Positions 9,928 through 20,191 of a stretch of DNA of 64,000 bases are shown here, piece by piece; position 1 is the first letter of the stretch, and the number at the start of each line of letters is the position of its first letter. Where the stretch lies: positions 128,001-192,000 of the forward strand of contig CAWKDB010000002.1 in assembly GCA_963848295.1 (NCBI GenBank), read 5' to 3'. The notes below the pieces were generated by a model. It was not told the DNA's origin. It made no database searches and saw only the letters and a list, made by a program, of their open reading frames with translations. The position numbers and the translations under genes are program-made. This stretch comes from an uncultured delta proteobacterium. Lineage in GTDB: Bacteria > Myxococcota_A > Polyangia > Haliangiales > Haliangiaceae.

Positions 9928-12900
9928 TAGTTCTCCGCGGGCGACTCGACCACCGTGGCGGGCGTCTGTGCGGATGTCGCCGGTCGAGACCACAACGCAC
10001 GTGGATCTGCCGCCGACAGGATCACCTGCGGCTCGCCGACCGCGGCGAGCTCGTCGAGCACCGCCGCGACCCCGGCTTCGGTCGCGATCAGCTCGACGCC
10101 ACGCCGGGCGTACTCGCGCGCGAGCTCGGGCGACACCATACCGGCGCCGGCCCACGGCCCCCAATCGATCGAGACCACGCGCCCGCTGACCTTGCGCGCG
10201 AGCGACCATGCGAGCTTGTCGAGCGCATCGCCCGCCGCCGCGTAATCCGCTTGGCCGCGATTGCCGAACGCGCCGACGATGCTCGAGAACAGCACGACCA
10301 GCTTCGTGTCGGAGCGCAGCTTGTCGGCGATCGTGTGGGCGCCGGCGACCTTCGTCGCGTAGACCCGCTCGAACGCGTCGCCGGTCTTGTGCTTCATCAG
10401 CTTGTCGTCGAGCACGCCGGCGCCGTGGATCACGCCGTCGATCCGACCGCGCGTTCGATACAGCTCGTCGATCAGCGCGCCGAACTGCGGCGTGCGCACG
10501 TCGACCGCGTGGTACGTGCCGCGGTCCCCGAGCGCTGCGAGCGTCGCGCGGATCTCGCGGTCGGCGAGGATCCGCGCGCATCGTTTTTCGATCTCGGCAG
10601 GAGTCGCGCCCCCGACCGCGAGCGCGCGGCGCAGCGCCGGGGCATCGGCCGCCGCGACGAGCTCGGCCGGTTCGGCCCCGGGCAACGGCGAACGGCCGAC
10701 CAGCTCGATCCGGCAGCCGTAGCGCTCGGCGACGGCGATCGCGGTCCGCGCCGTGATGCCGCGAGCGCCACCGGTGACGAGCACGACCGATTGCGCATCA
10801 AACGCGGGCGGTCGGCCGAGCTCGCGCGGCGCGGGTTGCAGCTCGCGCGTCACCCGCTCTCCGGCGAGGTAGCCGATCTCGAAGTGCGCGTCGTGCGCGT
10901 GGAGCTCGGCATGAACGAGCGCGGCGACATCGGCGGTGCCTGGCTCGACGTCGACGACGCGTGCGCGAATCGCCGGGAACTCGGCGGCGACGGTCTTGAC
11001 CAGGCCCGCCGGGCCACCGAGCACGTCGCCGGCTTGCTGGCCGAAACCGCCGTGTGCGGTCACGACGATGATCGTCTTGGCCCCGGCGAGCGCGGCTTCG
11101 CGCACGCGCTCGAACTGCGCGCGCATCGCGGCGACCGAGTCGATCCTGCCGAGATAGACGAGGCCATCGAGCTCGTCGCCGAGCGCGATGGCGCCCGCGA
11201 CGCGGCGCACCGTCGCGCCCTCCGCGAACAGCTTCGCCTCGAGCGCGATCGCGACATCGTCGTCGCCGCCGCAGATCGCGATGCGCTGACCGGCGAGCGT
11301 CGAATAGCCGTTGACCGGCGCGGGCGCCGGCACGATCGCGAGGCGATAACGACCGACCTGCGCGCCCGCGGTGGCGCCGGTGCGAATCGGGCCGGTGTCG
11401 GCGTCGTCGGCGGCGGCGATCGGAGCCGCGGCGTCGACCGTCGATGTGATCGGCGACGGCGCGCCGGCCGCCGGGGTGGCGAGCCGTTCGGACAGCCACG
11501 CGACGAGTGCGCGCAACGTCTTGCGGGTAGCGAGCTCTTCGACGATCGCATCCGCGTTGCCGTCGCCGTCGACCTTCAGCCCGAGCCGCTGCGCGAGCTC
11601 GCCGATGATCTCGATCCGCTTGATCGAGTCGATGCTGAGATCGGCCTCGAGGTCGAGATCGACGCCGAGCGTGTCGATCGGATAGCCGGTGCGCTCGCTG
11701 ACGATCGACAGCACGAGCTGCATCGGGTCGACGACGGCTGGGGTCTCTCGCACGGGCTGGGGCACCGGGGCTTCCGCAACTCGAGCCGGCGACGGTCGCG
11801 AGCGACGGCAGCTCGATGACCTCGAGCGCGCGAGCCGGCACCGCGCCGAGGTACGACAGCATGACGTCGCGTTGCGCCGCGATCATCTCGCGCATGCCGC
11901 GCAGGTACTCGACCACGACACCTTCGCGCTCCCCACCGGGGGCGATCGTCGAGCTACTCGGGCGGCCAGGTGAACGCATGGCGGGTACCTCTGAGCGAAC
12001 GGCGACCATCGGCTGCCGTTCCGCGGCGTGCAGTGTCTCACCTTCCGGCCTCGCCGAGTGTCCGTTGACCAACCAGCGCGGCCCCTTCGCGACGACCGGC
12101 GGGGTGTCGAGATCGAGCACCGCCGCATCGCGATCCCAGAACAGCGGCGCCGGATCGACCGCGACGCCGGCGGCGGCGAGCGTCGCGAACGCGCGCATGA
12201 GCTGGCGCAGGCCCGCATCGCCGATATCGCACGCGACCGCGACGTGGGGTCGATCGCCGAGAATCTCGCCGACGAGCTTGGTCAGTACTTGACCCGGGCC
12301 GGCCTCGACGAACACGCGCGCACCAGCGTCGTACATCGCGCGGATCTCGTCCGCGAACCGCACGGGGCTCGCGACTTGTTCGGCGAGCAGCTCGCGCACC
12401 GCCTCGGCGCGCCCGGGATACGGGGCCGCGGTCACGTTCGAGTACACCGGGAAGGCCGGCGGATAGGTCTCGATGTCGACGAGGCGTTGCGCGAGCGCCG
12501 TGCGCGCACCGGCGACGATCGGGCTGTGGAACGCGCACGCGACGGGCAGCTTGCGCGCGGCCAGGCCGGCGGCGCCGACGAGCACGAGCGCCATGTCGAT
12601 CGCCGCGGTGCCTCCCGACAGCACGCACTGGGCCGGCGAGTTGTGGTTTGCGACGACGACGCCGTCGATCTCGGCGACGAGCGGTGCGACGACCGCAGCA
12701 TCGGCCGCGACCGCCGCCATCGCGCCCGGATCGCTGCCCGCGGCATCGAGGATCGCTTCGCCGCGCGCGGCGCTGAGCGCGAGCAGATCCGCTTGGCCGT
12801 ACGCGCCCGCGAGGCAGAGCGCGACCAGCTCGCCGTAGCTATGGCCGGCGGCCATCGCCGGCCGCACGCCGCACAACGCGAGGATCTCGGCCACCGCGAG

Positions 12901-15900
12901 ATCGGCGATGCCGAGCGCGGGCTGCGCGACGCGGGTGTCGGTGAGCGCCGCGAGCTGCGCCGCCTTGCCGTCCCGAGTGAACGCCGCCGGCGGATAGAGT
13001 GTGCCGGCCCATGGCGCGCCGAGCTCGAGCAAGCGATGCAGGCGCGGAAACGCGACGAACAGCTCGGCGAGCATGCCCGGCCGTTGGCTGCCCTGCCCCG
13101 GGCACAGGATCGCGAGCTTGCCGTCGATCGCACCGTCGATCGGTGCCGCGAACCACACGCCGCGCCGATCGGCAGTCCCCTGCCGCGCGAGCGCGAGCTT
13201 CGCCGCGAGATCCGCGACCGAATCGGCGACGATCGCGACTTGCACCGGGCCATCGCCGGACAGGCATGCGGTGCGCGCGAGGTCGCGCAGCCGCGGCGGC
13301 TCGAGTGCGTCGGCGATCCGCTGCTCGAGCTTGCTGCCGATCACGAGCGCGGCGGCGCGATCGCTGCCGCGCAGCAACACGAGCTCGGCCGGCCACGCGC
13401 CGGTCGCGGGCAGCTCGTCGCCACCGCCGCGATGCGCGGTGAGCACGGCGTGGAAGTTCGTACCGCCGAACCCGAACGCGCTGACCGCGGCGACGCGCTT
13501 CTCGGTCGCCCACGGCCGCGCCTGATCGAGGAACACGAACGGGCTCGTGTCGCCGTCCCACGCGGAGTTCGGCTTCTTGATGTTGAGCGTCGGCGGCAGC
13601 ACGCCGTGATGGATCGACAGCGCGGCCTTGATCAGGCCCGCCATGCCGGCGGCGCACTTCGTGTGCCCGATCTGCGACTTGACCGAGCCAAGCACGCACG
13701 CGCCGACCTCGGCGCCCGCGTTCGTGAAGACCTCGGTCAGCGTCTGCAGCTCGGTGCGATCACCGACGACGGTACCCGTGCCGTGCGCTTCGACCAGCCC
13801 GACGTCGGCGGCCGACACTCCGGCCTGGCGATACGCGCGATCGAGCGCGCGGACCTGCCCGTCCTTGCGCGGCGCGGTCAGCCCGAGGCTCTTGCCGTCG
13901 CTCGCGCCCGCAACGCCTTTGATCACCGCGTAGACGCGATCGCCGTCGCGCTCGGCATCGGCGAGCCGCTTGACCACGATGCACGCGACGCCTTCGCCGA
14001 GCACGATCCCGTCGGCCGCCGCATCGAACGTATGACACTGGCCGGTCGGCGACAGCGCGTGCACGCTCGAGAACATCAGGTAGTCGTTGATGCTGTTGTG
14101 CAGATCGGCGCCGCCGCACAACACCATGTCGGAGCTGCCCGCGACCAGCTCTTTGACCGCCATGTCGAGCGCGGCGAGCGACGCGGCGCACGCGGCATCG
14201 ACGGTGTAGTTGACGCCGCCGAGATCGAGCCGGTTCGCGATCCGGCCGGCGATCACGTTCGACAGCACGCCGGGGAACGAATCCTCGGACAGCGTCGGCA
14301 GCGACTCGTCGAGGCCGGCCGGCAAAGGGCCGACGTAGTGCGGGAACAACGCGCGGAAGCTGTACGCGCTCGACAGATCGGTGCCGGCTTCGGCGCCGAA
14401 GATCACCGACGTTCGCGCGCGATCGAACGGGCGATTCCCGTACCCGGCGTCGGCGATCGCCCGCCGCGCGATCTCGAGCGACAACAGCTGGACCGGCTCG
14501 ATCGCGTTGAGCGACTTCGGCGGGATGCCGTACGCGAGCGGGTCGAACGGGACGTCGTCGAGAAACCCGCCCCACTTGCACGGCGTCTTCTTGCCGGCAT
14601 CGGCGCCCACCGCGGCCGGGTCGTAATACGTCTCGACGCTCCAGCGCTCGGCCGGGACCTCGCGGATCGCGTTCTTGCCAGCGACGATGTTCGACCAGAA
14701 CGCGTCGGTGTCGGGCGCGCCCGGGAAGATCGCGGCGACGCCGATGATCGCGACGTCGGTGCCGCGTCCGCCCGCGAGCTCGTCGTGATCACGGGCATCC
14801 GCGACTTGGTGAACGCGCGCGGTGCCACCGACCGAGACGTCGCGATGCAGATCGAGCACGCTGCACGTCCCGCGGCGCAGCGCGGCGACCTGGCCGATCA
14901 TGAACATCCCCTCGCGCGCTTGGACCTCGGCATCGACCGGCGCGATCACGTCGCCGGTGCGGCGCAGGCCTTTCGCGGCGATCCGCAGCCGGCCGAGGTT
15001 GAGCTGCTCGAGCGCGGCCCAGATCTCCTGCGGCGTGGCGCCGGCGACTTCGAGCCGCGCGCGCTCGTCGGCGAACGCGTTCGTGAACTCGGTGTCGGCG
15101 CAGCGGGTCGAGTGCCCGGGCGCGGTCTCGACCAGCACCGTGCGATCGCACGCGATCGCGGCTTGCTGGAAGCCTGGTTGGATCGCGCCGCACAGCACCG
15201 CCTCGTCGGTGAACAGATACGCCGTGCCCATCAGCACGCCGATCTTCGCGCCGCGTGCCGCGAGCGGCGCCGCCATCGTCGCGACCATCGCCGCGGAGCG
15301 CGCATCGTGAATACCGCCCGCGAACAACACGTGGAGCTCGCTCGGATCGGGGTGCGCGAGCAGCCGCTCGAGCTGCACTTCCCACAGCGCGAAGCTCGAG
15401 CGCGGCCCGACGTGCCCGCCGCACTCGCGGCCTTCGAACACGAACTTGCGCGCGCCGTCCTTCAAGAACAGCTCGAGCAAGCCCGGCGACGGCACGTGCA
15501 AGTACGTCGCGGTGCCCTGCGCCTCGAGCGGATGCGCCTGCGATGGGCGGCCGCCCGCGATCAGCGCGACCGGCGGCGGCAGCTCGCGCAACACCTCGAG
15601 TTGTTGCTCGCGTACGTCGGGCGGGACGAACCCCAAGATCCCGACGCCCCACGGCCGATCGCCGAGCAGCTCGCGGGTCTCGCGCAACAGCTCGCGGACC
15701 TCGTTGCCGGTCATCAGCGTCAGCGCGAGGAACGGCAGGCCGCCGCCCGACGCGACCGCTTCGGCGAAGCGCGCGCGATCCGACACGCGCGACATCGGGC
15801 CTTGCGCGATCGGATACTTCACGCCGTGCGCCGCAGCGAGCGGCGAGCGCGGCCCGAGCGGTGCGTACGCGACGGCGTCGGCGAGGTGGGTCTCGATCGC

Positions 15901-16698
15901 CGAGCGCACGCCGCGGATCAACGCCGCGCACGTCGGGAACTGCTGCGCGAGCGCGCGAGCGAGCGCGCCGTCCTGACCGACCGGCACGAGATCGCGGTGC
16001 AGATCGTCCCCGCCGAGCAGCGCGCGGACGTCGCCGGCTGCGGCGCGAGCCATCTGCGCGACCGGCAGATCGGGCCGCGTGAACACGCGATAACCGGCGA
16101 GCACGACGGTCTCGCTGCCGTCCATCGCCGCGATCGCCGACTTGATCGGCGCCGCGAGTGATGACTCGCGAACCAACGCGAGCTGCGAATCGAGCACGAC
16201 GCCCGCCGCGCCGCCCGCGATACACGCCGCCGCGGTATGCAGGCCGATGCCGCCCTGCGCCCAGACCGGAACGTCGAGCGCCGCGACCAGGCGCTGGACC
16301 AGCACGAACGTCGTCTCTTCGCCGACGCGGCCTCCGGCCTCGTGGCCCTTCGCGATCACGCCGGCCGCGCGCGCTGCGATCGCGGCACGCGCTTCGGCCT
16401 CGGACGTGACCTGGACGTAGACGCAATGATCGGCGAACCGCGCGATATCGGCGACCGACTCGACGATCACGGTGTGGACTTGTGGCGGCAGCTCGGGGGC
16501 TGAAGCGCCCTCGGGGACGCGGACGCCGAAGCCGCGGGGGAGTCGGCGCGCCAACGCGGCGAGCGCGCGCTCTGCCACTGCGGGATCGCGTCCGAGATCG
16601 AGGACGCCCAGCGCACCGGCGTCGCACGCGGCCGCGACCAACCCGGGATCGGGGCGGTCCAGGGGCGAGATGCCGATGACTTCGAACACTGCAGTCAT
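9927..16698 (-). CDS. Pfa-like iterative type I PKS, ER-ER-KS-AT-ACP-KR, split by one frameshift near 11770-11810
   Basis: Two nitronate-monooxygenase-like barrels (GHEAGGRVG, GRECGGHVG); KS VDAACAAS/HGTGT/KSQIGH; AT GHSYGE; Pfa-type ACP DLSIDSIKRIEI and KR VTGGARGIT/GQADYAAA in the second frame (ORF 9927-11765). Confidence 0.85.
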
Positions 16699-16877
16699 GA
16701 GCGGTCCGACGGTACCAGCCGGGTACTTCAAGCGTCGAGGCCCTAGTTTGCCACGCGCTGTAATGATTTAGGGCGGTTGGTTGCCATACCGATGTAAAGA
16801 ATCAGCGTCATCGACGGGGCGATCTTGGTGACCGATTCATGACAGGGCCGGGTCGGCATTCTGACCGTAGATCGGCG

Positions 16878-17933
16878 ATGTTCCCCAAGATGTCAGCAGA
16901 GCTCGGGACCTTACGGACGGAGCTGCGAGACGCCGGTGTGTTCGAGCACCGCGAATTGCGCAGTTGGCTCGAGCTCGCGGGGCTCGGCTCGGCGCTCGCC
17001 GCATGCCTGGTCGGGATCGTTCATTGGGGCCCGCTTGGGGCATTGGCGCTCATCCCGGTCGCTGCGGTTTTTGCCACGTCGATCGCGATGTATGGCCACG
17101 GTGGCAGTCATCGCAGCTTTTCGTCGTCGCCGTTTCGCAACCAGTTGCTGACCACCGTCGCGTTCCCGCTGTTCTCCGGGCTCGGCACCCTGTACTGGCA
17201 TAACAAGCACGACCGGCTCCACCACGGCCATCCGAACGTCGAGGGTAAGGACCCGGACATTCGGCCGTTCCCGTTCGCATCCTCCGCTGGCGATCACGCG
17301 AAGTGCGGGCGCGCCGAGCAGTGGTTCCAGCGCAACTTCCAGCGCTGGATGTTCTGGCCGATGTCCACCCTGATGACGCTCGGCATGCGGCGCTCGTCGA
17401 TCAACTACCTGCTGCGCTATCCGAACAAGCACACCGCGGAGTATCGGCTCGAGGTGGTGGCCATGGCGCTCCATTACGTGTGCTGGTTGGTGATTCCAGC
17501 GCTGATCTGGGGCCCGCTCGCCGCGCTCGTCGTGTACGCAGGGATCTGGGCGCTCGTCGGCGTGTTCCTCGCGCTCGTGTTCGCACCCGCGCACATGGGT
17601 CTGCCGGTGATGGCCGACCAACACCACGATTGGCTGCACCAGCTCGAGACCACCCGCAACCTCGAGATGCCGCGCCTCATGTCGTTCTTCTTCGTCGGTC
17701 TCGACTACCAGGTCGAGCACCACCTGTTCCCGAAGATCCCGCATCACAACCTGCCCCGCGCCGCGGAGATCACGCGCCGATGGTGCGCGGCGAACGGCGT
17801 CGTCTATCACTCCACGCCGTACCTGCACGCGCTCGTCGATTCGGTCCAGTTCATGGCGAACGCGTGGGAACGCGATTCGATCCCGGCGGCGTCGGTGCGG
17901 ATCATCCGCCCGATCGACGTCGTCATGGCGTAG
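16878..17933 (+). CDS. Membrane fatty acid (acyl-lipid) desaturase
   Basis: His boxes HGGSH, HDRLHH, QVEHHLFP; hydrophobic segments; start could be 16878 or 16890. Confidence 0.9.
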   Translation: MFPKMSAELGTLRTELRDAGVFEHRELRSWLELAGLGSALAACLVGIVHWGPLGALALIPVAAVFATSIAMYGHGGSHRSFSSSPFRNQLLTTVAFPLFSGLGTLYWHNKHDRLHHGHPNVEGKDPDIRPFPFASSAGDHAKCGRAEQWFQRNFQRWMFWPMSTLMTLGMRRSSINYLLRYPNKHTAEYRLEVVAMALHYVCWLVIPALIWGPLAALVVYAGIWALVGVFLALVFAPAHMGLPVMADQHHDWLHQLETTRNLEMPRLMSFFFVGLDYQVEHHLFPKIPHHNLPRAAEITRRWCAANGVVYHSTPYLHALVDSVQFMANAWERDSIPAASVRIIRPIDVVMA

Positions 17934-17966
17934 CTCACCGCCGCATCCAGTGGTGAGCGACCGTGC

Positions 17967-18926
17967 TTAGTGAACCGTGTAGTAGTTGTACAAGGTGGCG
18001 ATCTCGGTCGCGTCGAGCGCGCGGCTGAACACCATGACTTCGTCGACCGCGCCGTCTAGTCCTAGCGACGGTTCGAAGCCCATCGCCCCGAGCTCCAGCT
18101 CGAACGATGGAGGTGAAGCGAGCACGGCGGTACGCGTGCCTGCAGACTGTCCGTCTACGTAGAGAGTGCTCGTCGTGCCGTCGAACGTGCCGGCGACGAA
18201 GTGCCATTCGCCGAGCGACAGGTTCGACGACCCGGCGAGCAGGTACGACGTGGTCCCGTCCTGCAGTTGGAACGCCGGTGCGTCCCCGTAGTGCGATGCC
18301 CACAGCGCGAAGCCGGCATAGGCGCCACAGCAATCGCGATTGTTGGACAAGATGTATCCGTACTGGCTGGCGCTGTTCAACATGACCCAGCCGAGCACGG
18401 TGAGTTGAGTGGACAGCATCGTGAGCGACGGTCCAGAGCCGACGTCGATGTTCGTCGTTGTCGAGAACGCGGCCGCGGTCCCGCGTATGCCGGGGACTCC
18501 CGCTGCCGGGCACATCGTACACATCCCGGTATTTGCGTTCGCTGACAGATCGCGAAACATCGTCGAGCCTTGAACATCGTCGAGCGGCCAGTACGCGACG
18601 AGGTCAGGATCGCTCGCGATCGAGGGCGCACACACGCCAGTCAACCTCGTTTCCCCCGCGAGGCACGCGAGCAGCGCGTCCGCAGGGGCATCGCTGATCC
18701 GCGTGCTGTCGTACGGCTCGGAACCGGAGTCGCCGCCGGCCGCGAGGTCGCATGTCCATGAGGCAGGATTGCAGACCAGGCCGCTCGGACACGCGTCGCC
18801 GGTGGCACACGGCGCGCCGGGTACCGGATGGGGCGCGTAACAGCTCGCCATGGCAACCGAAGCGATCACTGCCGAGAGAGCCGCGCGCAAGACGCAATCG
18901 TCCGCCGTGGAGGCGGACGGTGTCAA
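17967..18926 (-). CDS. LamG/concanavalin-like domain lipoprotein with a Cys-rich N-terminus (start uncertain)
   Basis: LVAYWPLDD, GEWHFVAGTFDG...LYVDG, GAVDEVMVFSRAL motifs; lipobox-like AMASC. Confidence 0.8.
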   Translation of the reverse strand: MTPSASTADDCVLRAALSAVIASVAMASCYAPHPVPGAPCATGDACPSGLVCNPASWTCDLAAGGDSGSEPYDSTRISDAPADALLACLAGETRLTGVCAPSIASDPDLVAYWPLDDVQGSTMFRDLSANANTGMCTMCPAAGVPGIRGTAAAFSTTTNIDVGSGPSLTMLSTQLTVLGWVMLNSASQYGYILSNNRDCCGAYAGFALWASHYGDAPAFQLQDGTTSYLLAGSSNLSLGEWHFVAGTFDGTTSTLYVDGQSAGTRTAVLASPPSFELELGAMGFEPSLGLDGAVDEVMVFSRALDATEIATLYNYYTVH

Positions 18927-18932
18927 CGCCGA

Positions 18933-20129
18933 CTATACGGCGCGGCAGTATTCGGGATGCGCGCGGCCCGGCTTCGTCAGCACGAACTGGAACAAGTTGC
19001 CGTCGCGCGAGCGCGACGCGCCGGCGGCGGCGAGCAAGTAGAACTTCCACATCAGGTAGAACTTGCGATCGTAGCGGTGCGCGATCTCGCTGTACGTCGC
19101 GTCGAACTTGTCCCACCACGCCATCAGCGTCGGGTCGTAGTCCGGGCCGATGTTGTGGAGGTCCTCGATCACGAACTTGCCCTCGATCGCGCGGCCGATC
19201 TGGGCGAGCGACGGCGCGACCGCGTTCGGGAAGATGTACTTCTCGATGAACGGCGTGCCGTGGCGCAGGCTGATGTTGTTCGAGATCGTGTGGACGAGCG
19301 CGACCCCGTCCTTGACGAGGCAGCGATCGATCACGCGCATCATCTCGGCGTGGTTCTTCGGGCCGACGTGCTCCATCATGCCGATCGAGACGACGCGATC
19401 GAACGTGCCGTGGACGTCGCGGTAGTCGCACAGCCGGAGCTCGACCGGCAGGTGCTTCCACTTCTGGTTGCCGAGCGAGACCTGGTCCTTCGACAGGGTC
19501 ACGCCGAGCACGGTCGCGCCGTACTTCTCGGCCGCCCAGCTCGCGAACCCGCCCCAGCCGCATCCGAGATCGAGCACCTTCATGCCGGGCTCGAGGCCGA
19601 TCTTCCGGCACACGAGGTCGAGCTTGGCTTCCTGCGCCTCGGTCAGGGTCTTCGCATGCTTCCAGTACGCGCAGGTGTAGACCATGCGCTCGTCGAGCAT
19701 CCGGGTGTACAGGTCGTTGCCGATGTCGTAGTGCGCCTCGACCGACGCGCCCGAGCGGGTCTTGGCCTGGAGGTTGAGCAGCACGGCCTTCGCGGTCAGC
19801 GCGCGCATCCGCCAGCTGCCGGTGATCTTTTGCTTGAGGTTCGCGCGCATGATCTTGTCGATCGTGACGTCGAGCGCGTCGGTCTCGAACCACTCGTCCA
19901 TGTACGCCTCGCCGAACCCGACCGAGGCCTCGCGCACGACCCGCTCGTAGAACCGCGGGTCGCGGACGCGAATATCGCCCGGCGCGTGACCGCCGATCTC
20001 GATCCCGGCCATGCCGAATAGCTCGCGCACGATCGCCTCGGCGTCCGAGCGACGGGTGGGGACCATGCGGCGAAACATCTCCGCGGGCGAAAACGAACGG
20101 CTTGGGGTGGGCGGGGTTTCGACCTGCAT
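18933..20129 (-). CDS. cfa: Cyclopropane-fatty-acyl-phospholipid synthase
   Basis: HYDIGNDLY, MVYTCAYW, LDLGCGWGG, VSIGMMEHVG, KYIFPN, HNIGPDY motifs. Confidence 0.92.
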   Translation of the reverse strand: MQVETPPTPSRSFSPAEMFRRMVPTRRSDAEAIVRELFGMAGIEIGGHAPGDIRVRDPRFYERVVREASVGFGEAYMDEWFETDALDVTIDKIMRANLKQKITGSWRMRALTAKAVLLNLQAKTRSGASVEAHYDIGNDLYTRMLDERMVYTCAYWKHAKTLTEAQEAKLDLVCRKIGLEPGMKVLDLGCGWGGFASWAAEKYGATVLGVTLSKDQVSLGNQKWKHLPVELRLCDYRDVHGTFDRVVSIGMMEHVGPKNHAEMMRVIDRCLVKDGVALVHTISNNISLRHGTPFIEKYIFPNAVAPSLAQIGRAIEGKFVIEDLHNIGPDYDPTLMAWWDKFDATYSEIAHRYDRKFYLMWKFYLLAAAGASRSRDGNLFQFVLTKPGRAHPEYCRAV

Positions 20130-20191
20130 GGGGCCGTGAGTCTCACGGCCCCGAGGCACGAACAAGCCGAAAGGGTTGTAGGGTCCCCGGC

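Noticed and set aside
11935..12010. Another family A copy in the PKS linker
   Set aside because: Codon usage is atypical, but I could not align it to the element
12028..16161. 1377-aa plus-strand ORF and similar long antisense ORFs
   Set aside because: Shadow ORFs of high-GC coding strands, Arg-rich and without motifs
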